DNA of 25,859 bases from Paramecium tetraurelia (taxonomy: Eukaryota): contig CT868207.1 of the NCBI GenBank assembly GCA_000165425.1, positions 868,001-893,859 on the forward strand, written 5' to 3'. A program made the position numbers and the translations under genes. Shown here piece after piece: positions 11,622 through 23,900 of the stretch. The first letter of the stretch is position 1. Every line of letters starts with the position of its first letter. The notes beneath the pieces are model-generated. The model was not told the DNA's origin and ran no database searches. It saw nothing but the letters and a program-made list of their open reading frames with translations.

Positions 11622-14600
11622 ATGAAAGAATCGTCTTAGATAAGAATAAAAGATGTAATGATAAAGAATTCAATAATTATTAATTCTTCAATTTTATCAA
11701 ATTATGATAACAATATGTTATATATCGAATCTCTTTAAATGATTGAAAACTAGATTATCAACTCACAGCTTATAAAATTTAGTAAAGATCTCTTTTGCTT
11801 TCACTTTCTACTAAGAAAAAATAAATTTCTATAATCAATTTTGTTTGAGAAATAATTCTCGATAAATTATTAAAATGAAATAAAATTAGATGATTTTGAT
11901 ATATCTTCTAATATCTTCCAGTATTTTTAAGTACTTATTATTGATTAAAACAAAATAAAAGCAATAAAAATAGAATTAACAAATATAGATTTTAGAGATA
12001 ATAATAACCCTAAAAAAGAAATCCAAGATTACTCATTTATACTTAGTTGTACTAATATTTTAGTTTAGAATTTATCCATATTAAATACTTTTAATCATCG
12101 CTACTTTTATTTATATAACGTATCAAAAATTACATTCACGAATGTATCTGTATAAAATGAGCATTAAGAATTTAAAATTCCCCTTAATTAAGATTGTGCA
12201 ATTAACGACTATTAATATTCGAAATTACTATCTGTGAAAGGATTTGAGACTCTCAATTTAGGTTTCATAAAATTTGCTAATTAGATTACTATAGATTAAT
12301 CTTTTATTGATATTCAATCAAATGATTCAATCATAAATAAAATATCTGAAAATATTACAATCTAAAATATTACATTTACTAGAAATATTTTGACGAAAAT
12401 TAGTTAAGGAAATTATTTTTCCATTTTATCAATATTTTCAGATAAAGTTTAGTCAATTCATTTGGAGAATATTTTGTATGAAGAAAATTCTTACTATTAA
12501 TATACTGAAGATCCGAAATAAACATCCGCTAGTTTGCTTTTTATTAACTCATTGAATAGTTCAATAGTTCTTTAAAATATTTAGTGTTTTCAGAATTCGC
12601 TAACAAATTCTTCTAATTCCTTTATTGCTATCAGCTCTAGTGAAGCTAAAGTAGTATAAATTAAAGTATTCTACCATAATTACCTTAAAATGGAGTTTTG
12701 GAATAAGTATTATGATATTGAATTGCAAAATGACCTCAATTAGATAGAAGTTAATTATATGATCGAATAAATACTTTCAATTAAAAATAAAGGTGGTGCT
12801 ATGTAAATAATCGCAAATAAATTCACTTTATAAAATGGATAATTATAATACATAATTGCCAAAAGTAGCTCTGTCCTAGATATTATAACCAGAGGGAACG
12901 GAATTGTCATTCTAGAATATTGTAGTGTTGCTAATTCTCAAAATAATTTACTTTCAAATTAGGAATAAGAAGGCTCAATCAGTATAAGTTCTTAAAATAG
13001 TTATTTAACTTTGATGCTCTAAAATTTTAATTTCACAGAAGTTAATAATCAATTAGCTCCAGCAATCATATCTCTTAAACCATCAGAGATTTCAAATAAT
13101 ATTCTCATAAAAAATGTCCAAATCTCAAATTGTTTCTCTTTAATCAATATGTTTTTAGCATTCATATTCCCTGCTGAATAAGCTGATTAAAATTAAGTAA
13201 ATATAGAGGAGATTTTTATACAATAAAGTTAATAAGGGTAATTGTAGTACAACAGATAGCTTAATATCTTGGAGCCAATAATTTTATCAAAAATAACTTA
13301 AGATAATGCTATTTTTAATATTTAAGGATGCAATTTAAAATTTCATAATGTTAAATTCGAAGGATTTGCATTAATTGGCATATTAAATTTGATAAATTGC
13401 AAGAAAATATAAATAGTGAATATTGAACTTACTTATATTACTATATTTTACAATTTGAATTTGCTTCATATTGAATAAGTTGCATAGTTTAAATCAATAA
13501 TTTAGATTCTTAACCTAAAAATCTATGAAATAAGCATGTTTAATAATTAGCATTAGATTTTAACTCCTTAAGGCTACCCAAATTTCTATATAGAGCACTC
13601 TAAATGTTAAAAATTAAAGATTGTATCTCTTCCAATAAATGGAAATGTTTTAGAAGTAAAATAAAATAATTTTGAATTGATTCAGTCATATTCCACTTAA
13701 AATGGATCGATCTTATATATAAAATCTTCAAACAACTTAACAAAAATAATTATACAATCTATATTATTAAAAAATAATGATTGCAAGACTTGTAAGAATG
13801 GTTTAATCTACTTTTAATTAGTTGAATTTTTAAAGATCTAGATTCAAGAACTATCATGTAATGGAAATTACGTAAAGCAATATGGATGTATTACTGCTTT
13901 ATCTGATAAACAAATTTAAGGTAAGTTAATTATTAGAAATTCTCTTTTTATTAATAATACTGGTGGGTAAGGGATAGCCGTATCTTCAAAAAACGTCAAG
14001 ACAGTTTTGCTTAACATCAAGATTTTGAATAATACTGCCACTTTATTAGGAGGTGGATTATATTTTGATCTTAATAATAAAGATTTCAATATAATTTCAA
14101 CGCTTATTTAATATAATAAAGCAAGAGAAGGGGGAGGAATTTATTTAACTAGTGAAAGTATTCTAAGTGAAATGAATTTTGCGAATTCACTCATACTTTT
14201 TAATCATGCTGAATTAACTACAAATAATTTGTAAGAGTTACCTTCTCATCTAGATCTGTCAATCAATAATTAAATTATGCCTTCAGATTTTATATTTGAT
14301 TAAATATTTACAAAGTCATTAAAATTAAGTCCATATCAAATAATTTAATAAGGTAAAGAAATGATGGAAAGTAAATTGATGATTCTTAGCAATTAAGAGA
14401 CATCAAAATATGATTTATACAATCCTAAATAGAATAAATTTACCTCATATATAAGTGAGTTATCAATTCAATTTAAAAATAGATTTAATGAATAATTGCT
14501 CAATTTTACTAATTCAACTTGTTAAATCATTGAATAGATATTTGATATTAAGAAATAAACCAGATTGGAATCAATTAATGTTTCATCAATTTAATTTAAT

Positions 14601-16561
14601 TAAACTACAAGCAAATTCGACCTGGGAATGTTGACTTTCACTTTTGATCCATATAATCAAACTGACAAATAGTATGAAATTTAAATCTACTGTAAAACCA
14701 AAAATTAGATTTAAGAGTTATCTTATAATATAAAGGTAAAAAGTCTACTTTGTTAATTGGGAGAGTTCTATGTTTTAAATGGTTGTTTGACATGCTAATC
14801 AAAACAAGGTTTTTATTCTGTTACTTACAATGCCACAAAGTGTTCAATATTTGATAAAACCAAATTTGAAGCCATTACTTCCAACAGTATTGATTTGAAA
14901 CCTGGATTTTGGAGACCTCATTAATAGTCGGATTTAGTAAATGATTGTTTCAAAAATATTGAATCATGTAAAGGTGGTTGGCTAGTTGGTGATGATATTT
15001 GTAAAACTGGGTATATAGGAGGATTATGTGAAGAGTGTGATAAACATAATATCAGAGGAGATGGATATTATTTTAAAAATGATCAATCTACATGTTTGAA
15101 TTGCAGCAACGTTTCTATTAACATATTATCCTTAATTCTGATAACAGCTTGGTAATAAATTAATTTAGTTTAGGGTTTTTCTTTCAACCTTTATAACATT
15201 AGCTAGTGTAGAAAAAACCAATTAGTTATTTGCTCTATTTAAACTTACTCAAAAATTTGCGCATATTTTGTTCAAAATGAATTTAAGTAAATATTAAAAT
15301 ATTGTTTTTAGATTAAGAGAGTATCTTGTTAAAGCTATTTCTTAATTATATTTGGATATTTTCTGTTATTTTTACTTTCAATATTCAATTCTCATTTTCA
15401 TTTATCTTTGTTAACTAAATAAGTGATACCTCATATTTCCTGACTCGCAATTTAGATTGTGAGCTTTCCTAATCATTTGAAATCGATTTGATATATGCAA
15501 GAATAATTATGATGCTTACTTTAATCGCTTTATAAATATTCATCGTTTAAGTAGTTGTCAACATAATCTCAATGTTAGCAATGGTCAAACTTCGTAATAA
15601 CATAATTTCGATTACATTAATTTACATGTATATTTAAAACTATGCTGCATTAATAAATCAGTAAGATAATATGATTATTTAAGGCTTTTTTCAATTTTGG
15701 CCAAAAGGGAAATCTCAAATATTGAATATGTTTAAGGAGATGTATCTCTTCTCTTTGGGTCATCGACTCACTCGGCATGGATGTATAAATTTGCATTGCC
15801 AATATCATTACTGTTTGGTTTAATTATACCAATATCATTACTTTTGTTTTTGTACCAAAACAGATAATTATTTGATAAAATACCATTTAGAAGGCACATT
15901 GGCTATTTATTTAATGAATATAGTATTAATCGATCTTTTTGGGAATGGGTAAAGTTATGGAAGAAAACAATCATTATTGTGATATTGATTTACTTTGAAA
16001 CGAATGTATATTTTAAAGGTTTCTTGATTGGTATGTGCTTAACTATCTATTAAATAATCTAGTCAACATATCTACCTTACATTTATCCAAAATTAAATAG
16101 ATTGGATTTGATTTCTGGATAATTATGTCTAATGGCAATTTTCTTAGCTGCTGTTTAATATCTTTGTGAATAATAAGGAGATTATGTGTAAGCAAGAATT
16201 TTGTCAATTTTGATTGTGCTTATATGTTTTAGATTTAGTTTTCCATATCTTCATGATATTATTTCAGCTTATTATAGTAAATACAAAGATAAAATTCTCA
16301 CACTACTCATAAATATTTTACAAACATTATAACCTACATCAAGCTTAATTTTGAAGTTAAATAGAAAACTCGATTAATGGACATAGAGGAGTTCAAGGAT
16401 AGAAAAAAATTTGAAAAAGTTGCGATGGCATACAATTTAAAAGAAACGTTAGGAGAAAAAAGAGTATTAATATTTGCTATTTAAGGCAATAACAAATTTG
16501 TTTTCCAACATTATCCCTTAATAAAAGCGGGGAAATAAAATTCAAACTTTTGAATTTATGA
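11622..16561 (+). CDS. 3' ORF of copy A: ~1615-aa beta-helix + Cys-rich + multi-pass TM module
   Basis: Frame is open from 11574, first ATG at 11622. Four introns give a spliced length of 4848 nt ending KFKLLNL-TGA at 16559-16561. Without the last intron the next in-frame TGA is at 16699-16701. No lesions seen in this part. Confidence 0.6.
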
Positions 16562-17932
16562 GATAGATATAAGAATATTATTGTCCAATATCTATATAAT
16601 ATTAAATCATTTTATGTAACAGGAAATCAAACCTGAAGTTTCTAATTTCAACATAACTTACAACAATTCTAATTTCTTTTTTATATTAATAATTTTATTG
16701 ATAAATTTTATAAATGCTAAATTATAAAGATTTTATTTAATGCTAATAATTTTCTCTTGATTAGAAAAACCAACCAGAAATATTATTAATTAAAAAGTTT
16801 ACGTTTTATAATATAACCAAATGAATATCAATCTGTAACGAGAGGTACTAATGATTTATGTTCCACATCCGGACTATTCTATCTAAATCTATATGTCCAT
16901 TAAGAATTAATCTAAGAAGTAATGAGTCTAAATTTGTAAGATTTATAATACCGTCTATTTGTAACTTGGCTTCTTGCTAGTGATCGTAGTTTAATTTATT
17001 GAGATTGCGTTGTAATTGCAATTATTAAAATTTCATTTGAAGTAGCCAATATATCCAGAAGTTAGACTATAAAGTCTAATTTTAGCAACCTCAAGATTTT
17101 GTTTAGTTTCATGAAAAACAGAACTTTATATTTCTTATTGTATATCCTAATGATTTCTACCAAATATGGTTGACATAATCTAAAGCAAAATATAATGAGC
17201 AACACTTAAAGTGCGATTGATGAGACTATATCATTTTGTTATTCGTTATTATATTTTGCAGCTGCTAAGAATATTGAAATTTAGCATAGTTACCGAGAGT
17301 ACAAACCTAAAGCATTAAACTTGAAAATGATATATGCCTTATTTCTAATTTGAATCAACTCATCTAAAACCAAGCACAAACCCAATAATGTATCCTTTAT
17401 ATAAATATTAATTTCAAAATATATCATGATAAATATCATAGCTGCTTTTTTTGAGAGCTTAATTAGTTATTGTCTTAATCATATTCATTAAATTAATTAC
17501 AAATATATCCTCTTAGACTAATAGAATCCAACTCTTTTCTTTAAGCATAAAATAAACAAAATAAGCATAAAGGAATTATATAACCAAAAAAAATCAGATC
17601 TGGGATAATAAAGGAATGAAATCACTTGTTATTATACTCAGTGTCATTTCTTAAAGAGACATCACCTTAATGTATTTAAGATCTGATATTACCCTCCAAG
17701 AATAGAATGAACATACTCTAAACCTATAATTGATAGATACATCTTGATTAATCCTGCATAATTAAAAATATAGAGGCTAAGAGTAATATTTGAAACAGTA
17801 TTGCAATAAAATTTAGATTTTACAATCCTAGAGTAAATGTATGATCCTAATAGAATGATCACAAATTAATATAGTATTAACATCATTACAGAAATTACTT
17901 TAGAGAAAACTAATAGAATTTATGAATACTCT

Positions 17933-17948
17933 GATAAGTAGATAAGTA
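17933..17948. repeat. perfect 8-bp tandem duplication (GATAAGTA x2) that shifts the ancestral frame
   Basis: Seen directly. Removing one copy restores YLSEYSQILLVFSKVISVMML, collinear with copy A ELSQSFEIDLIYARIIMMLTL. Confidence 0.85.
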
Positions 17949-20900
17949 TCAGTCTAAGTTATTAGCCATAAAATATGAGTTATTACTGGCTTAATCTATA
18001 AAATTAAAAGAAAAGGAGAAGTTAAATAGATTATTCAAACAATACCTTAACTTAACTTAATTTAAATATTATTTTACTCTGCTTTTCTCTTAACTTAAAG
18101 ATGCAAATGGTCTTTTCGATTTAGCTATACTTTTAAATGTTATTTGTACTGAGAAACAGGCCCTACAGTTAAATATTGATATACCAAAGTGAAGTTATTA
18201 TGAAAGGAATTATGCTGTCATCAACCCCAAAACATACTTAGCATTCTGAGTTCTGTAAATTCTTAAAATACTATCCTTCTCCTTTGATATCATAAGTATC
18301 ACATTCCTCACACAAAGCTCCTATATGACCTAAACTACACAATTAATCTCCAACTCCCCATCCTCCTAGACAAAATTTAACATTCTTAAAACAGACACTA
18401 GGGTTATCCGATAAATAATTAGGTCTCCAATAGCCCTCTAATAACTTGATGTTGTTCGAGGTTATATCAGCAAATTTTTGCTTATCAAAAGTGGAGCATT
18501 TTTATTAATCATATTAAACAGAATAAAATCCTTAAGACGATTGGCAAATTTAACATCCATTGTTTGAATAAATTTCTCCTAATTAGCATTTAAAACTTCT
18601 CGCTTAAATTAAATATATTAACTATTTGTTTTAAATCACAGATGAACAATTAAATTTTATTTGTAAATAGTTGTTCGTCTACTTGTATGGATCAAATCGA
18701 AAGATTAGTTCCTTTAAATCAAAATAATGATTATCAGAATCATATTCTAAAGTGTAATTTGAGGGAGCATCAATAATCTTATTCGAAGCATCTGATACTA
18801 TTGTTTAACTTATACTACAGGTTGGCTTATTAAAGTTAAGTAGTAGTTCATCTCTACTATTTTTATGCGTTAAGTAAATTTAATTTATATAAGGCATGGA
18901 TTCTTAATTCTTTGGTAAATATATTTTATACTACTTCAACTATTGATTACTTGGTATCATTAAATATTGAGTTGATATTTTGACTTCTTAATCTAAGATA
19001 AAATATGGATCTAGCTTTAAAATTCGTATTTGACTCTAATTAGCTGAAAACTTTGACATCATTTCCATATTATTGATATTCAAAGCCAAATGCGTTGGAC
19101 TTTCAACTAAATCATTACCAAATGATTCTGCCTTATTGAATTGTAAGTATGAATTATGGAAGTTTTCAATATTTAAATTATTATCTCCATTTAAATATAT
19201 TCCTCCTCCCTCTTTTGCATAATTATATAGTAATAATGATTGGCTTATTACAAAATTCTCACTATTTAGGTCTAAATACAGTCCTCCGCCTTACAAACTA
19301 GCATTGTTGTGCATAATGTAGCAGGATTTCAATTAGATTGAAGTATTTATTCCTAAAACCGCTATTCCTGATGTACCATTATTATATAGAAAATTTGAAT
19401 TTCGAATTATGACATCATTTAAAGGTCTATTCTTCAGAATAAATCTTAAGCAACCATGAAATAGAATATTATTAAAATTACACTCAAAATTTAAGAGTTA
19501 TAAAGTTTAAAATGAGTCTTATTAAAAAAAGATTAGTCCATTTGAACAATATGAACAATTATTTAAATTAACTTATACTGAAGATATCAAATATCGACTT
19601 TGGTTTGAAATACTACTTAAATGAAGTAGTGACTTTCCTAATTGAATTTGATCTTTAAATTTTTGAGTTATGTTCTCAAAAGTAAATGAGGTGTGAGTTT
19701 TTTAAGGTTATCTTATCAAATGATGGCACTCTTTAATAATATATTTATCTTCTGGTACTCTTTAAATTTCTATCAAATTGTTGGTGTAAATTGAAACATT
19801 GATAATGCTTAAATGCTGGAAAGATATCAGAGTTTTCAATTGATAGATCTCATTATAATGAATGAGATCCAAAGGATACATAATTTAAATATCTTGTATT
19901 TGACAGTTCTATATAATGAATTTTGGAGCATCTTGAATTTTTAAAAGAGGACTAAAATAAAGACCTTCTACAATGAAATTCTTAATAAAAACCGAACTAC
20001 CTATTAAATTCAAAATAGCATTATTTTCGTCTATGATTTCCTTAATCTCATTTTAAGTCAGATCTCCTAATTTCTAAAAATACTATTTCCAAGCCAATTC
20101 TTTTTGAATTATTTTGATATTTTGAAAAGTAATTGTATTTTTCAAGATTATTTGACTTAAAAAGGTTGCCTTTAAAAGTTAATTATACAATGAAATACAA
20201 TTTTCTATTTAAACATTTAAAAGCAGAATATAATTCTAAACATTAGATGGAATAAGTGTAAGGATTGAAGATGTCATTCTATTTATTACATCCAAAAAAA
20301 GTGGCATTGGATATTTTGAGATTTAATTTACTGTTCTCAGAATTTATACTTATACATCCAGAACCATTAGTGTTTAGTTTCATATTATTGATAGTAGAAT
20401 TAATTAAAATGGAATTTAATTCAATAATGCCTTCTCCTTGAGTAGTGATTTGAAAGATGGAACTTTTAAGGACTAAAATATCATTAAAGTAACAAAAATT
20501 GCAGGTAAAATTTTAAGCTTTTACCACAGCAACTCCTCCAATATTTTCAATGTTTAATATTTATTAAACAATTTAATTTATTTATTCTTAAGAATACTAC
20601 TCAGCAAATTCTATATTATAGTATTTACCCCAGAATGATTGAGGTAGAATATTATTGTTTGAGATTGTAGTATTTGTAAAGACAATTGTATTTGAAATAA
20701 TTTGTATAAAGGAATTTGATGTATTCGTAGCAGCATTTTGAAAGCTATTCATATTAATTATCTCTACATAGCCAGTCTTGCAATTGATGTAAATTAAACC
20801 TGCAAAAGATTGAAATTGATTATTTGCATATGAATGAAGACAATTCGATAGATATTTTATGTCTTGAATGAATATGCTTGTCACTCCTTGCGACTCAATT

Positions 20901-23900
20901 GCTAGAAGAGAAAAAAATTATGATTAATTCTACTATAAGAGAACGTTTCCATTAAATATTAAATCTGTTATCTTAATTTATCCTTCAAGATCTCTTAAAT
21001 AACTTTTGCTTGATCTTATTCCTATTATTGATTTATCAATACTTTATTAGTATTTAATTAAAATATGATCTAAAGTAATTAAGAAAAATCCTTCAATAAA
21101 AAATAGGTTATTGTTTTGTTCAAATTAATTTTTGCATGAATTTGATAATGGAATTTTTTGGTAAATTTATGAATTTATAAATTTAAGGTTTTTAATTATT
21201 ATCTCATAGTTATCAGCAACATAAAATATAAAAGGATCATTAACATTAGATATTATTACATTTAGTAAAGTAAATTAAGTGCATTAAATATTAAATAAAT
21301 AATGGTTTCTATCAGTGATAGGAATTGTTATATTTCCACTCAGAGAGAGATTAGTTATGAACAAATTTAAGTTATTAATTTATTAATTTGCAAAGATATA
21401 AAGCAATTCTGAATCTCTCATAATGTTAAATTTGAACTATAAAGTTGAGTACTATTAAAAAATTCTTTCCTTCATTAAGATCAATAAAGTTGATAAAAAG
21501 GATGAATCTTAAAATTCATTGGAAATAACTTCTAGAATATCCAAAGTAACATTCGAATTAAAGGCAATTGCAATACTTTTTGACAAATAGTTTTCTTTGA
21601 AAAGTAAATTAGTTATTTTGATATCCATATAATTTTCACTATTTAGAAAGCTTGAATGAACAAAGGAATTTAGTTATAATATTGAATTTTTCAGAAAAAA
21701 TTGGTTGTATTCCAGAATATTTGTATAATATCTTAAAATTGTAGAGTTCATAAGTTAACAATTTTCTATCTTTAAATTTTCTATTTGTATCACAAAACCA
21801 CACGGAAAAGGGAACAAGAGAGAATCAGAAAAAGCGCAANNNNNNNNNNNNNNNNNNNNNNNNNNNNNNNNNNNNNNNNNNNNNNNNNNNNNNNNNNNNN
21901 NNNNNNNNNNNNNNNNNNNNNNNNNNNNNNNNNNNNNNNNNNNNNNNNNNNNNNNNNNNNNNNNNNNNNNNNNNNNNNNNNNNNNNNNNATATTTATAAG
22001 TGTTGACTAAATTTAAATATTAAAACTACATTAACAATTTAAACATAAACGAAATTTGTTATTGAAATGGGAAAGTTTGTTTATATGTTAAGTTTCTTAG
22101 GTGAGCTAAGTTTAAAAATAGTTTTCTACAAGGAAAATATCTTCTATTTTAATTCTGTGGTAGCACTCAAGGAATATAACAACCCACAAAATTCATCGTC
22201 TATTTAAAATTTAAAATTTATAGTAATTGTATCGATACCCATTTAATTGCAATAATTTGTGTTGATATCAAATTCATAACCAAAAGGCCAAAATACTCTG
22301 AAGATTTCGCAATGACTGAATAACACCTCAAATTAGGCCTTTTAAGTGCAGTCTTGGTTAAAACAATATTTAGCAATATTATAATAGGGATCAAGAATGA
22401 CATTAGTATCTTGAATTGGTTGAATACAATTTTTGGTGTAAATAAAATTATCTTCAGTCAAAATAAATGATGGTTGTATTCTCTAAGAATAAAATAGTAA
22501 TTACATAAATTTCATCTAAAGAGCGAGGCTTACAAATAAGGCAAAGTTGGGCACATTCAGAACATTGCCCATTTATTTAATTTCTAATTGGAAATTAATA
22601 ATAATTTAATGGGCATTTAGTACAAATGAAACTATATCCATTTTCTTCACATTTTAAACATTCAGATGAGCAATACTTTTAACAAGTTAAGCTTTACATA
22701 GAAATCTGATACCCTTAATTGCATTCAATAATCATTGCTGTTATTTAAGAATTAAATTAAGATTATGGATAAAAGTATTTATTTGGTAAAAACTACATCA
22801 TAAAGCTTTAAATCCTTTAAACCCAGCCATCTCCTATTGTCCAATCTCCATCAATTGTTATTTATGATGCATCTAATTAGTATTCATAACAATCTCCACT
22901 TATTACTGAACTAGAATATCCAATCTTGCATATTACACATTTAATAATAGATTCAGGTGATAAAACACATTGTAAACAATTTGGTTTATATTTCTCACAA
23001 TTAACTATTTCCAAAGCAATATTAAAATCAAGGGAGGATAGAGTACAAATCTCTTAATTGTTGAAATTGATAAAAGATTTTAAACAATTTTAAATCTATG
23101 GCTTCACATATTCACAAGTTTCAAGATTGAAATTAAATGTATACCCTTCATTACAAAAGGAACAACCGATTCGAACATATTCATCCTAATCGAATGTCTC
23201 AAAATTACGATATAAAGTAGTTTTGCTTAAATCATCCATTGAATATTCAAAGCAATATTTGCAATTATCAATTGGACATAATTTGCAGAGTTTTTTTGAT
23301 GTAAAATAAAATGGAGAAATACAGAATTAAGTCAAAGGGAATTCATAGTTTGACATACAAAATCCATCAATTAATTTCTAATTGAATATACATTTAGAAC
23401 ATCTTTATCCTATTAATGTCACTTCACATATTAAGCAGAATGGAATTGAACATTCATAACAATTCAAGTAATCGTAGGATTTGCAGAACTACTTAAATAC
23501 CAAGGAGTTTAAATAAAAGTCTGAATATTATTCTTAGATGCTATATAAATTTGTCTATTAGCAAATTTAACAAACGTAAATCTCCAAACCATCAAAGAGA
23601 TAGTATTTTTCTTAGAAACTAAATTCTTCTTAAGTTGTTCCATCTAAACTAAAATAAATATCTAAAGAACAATAAGGCTTTTCACTCCATTTTTAAGTAT
23701 TTAGTAAACATTCAAGACAACTAGCAACATTTGAATGTACTGCCGATGGACTATATACAATAAAATTTATAAATGTACCATTTTAAGCATTCCCCCTCAA
23801 ATTCAAAGTATCCAAATTGACATTTAATTTATATACTACCTTCTATCAAATATAATTTTGAATCTTCATAGGATAAACATTTCATTTCATCAGTCGTATT

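Larger units (their letters stand above)
8945..16561 (+). pseudogene. giant Cys-rich/beta-helix multi-pass membrane protein gene (copy A), disrupted in the ectodomain; pseudogene or split gene
   Basis: Signal-like N-terminus MNYLILLCFSGLQYAEG; furin-like CHLSCLECDGPTKYDCLSC; NNTA..GGGLY and NKAREGGGIY repeats; CQLGEFY..GFWRP..CKGGW..GGLCEECD; about 8-9 hydrophobic segments. Introns 10474-10496, 15152-15173, 15287-15311, 15661-15683, 16464-16485. Lesions: TGA 10918-10920, +1 frameshifts near 11506 and 11626, and ~950 nt missing relative to copy B. Confidence 0.75.
16828..18100 (-). pseudogene. degenerate multi-pass TM module of copy B
   Basis: Still alignable to the copy A TM domain (NYAGLI, GDVSL, FNEY, IYFE.N, IFLAA). 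Lesions: -1 indel ~18095, loss of the second TM segment ~18027, Cys>TGA at 17949, 8-bp duplication 17933-17948, -1 indel ~17669, Trp>TGA at 17622, loss of the FWE motif ~17465. Probable ancestral stop near 16830..16828. Confidence 0.85.

Noticed and set aside
11500..11630. Euplotes-style programmed +1 frameshifting
   Set aside because: No AAA-stop context, and TAA/TAG are sense codons here.
17622..17951. TGA at conserved Cys and Trp positions suggesting UGA recoding
   Set aside because: All intact genes stop at TGA, both are single-base changes from TGY/TGG, and they are surrounded by indels.
21785..22006. ORF-track ORF and GC-rich patch next to the gap (possible insertion or contaminant)
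   Set aside because: The ORF is mostly Ns, and the - strand frame still resembles copy A (C.FSDSLLF..IQIENL), so these are probably poor base calls.
22566..22615. Imperfect inverted repeat TGCCCATT..TTAATTTC/GAAATTAA..AATGGGCA
   Set aside because: Short arms in AT-rich, in-frame Cys-rich coding sequence; most likely chance.
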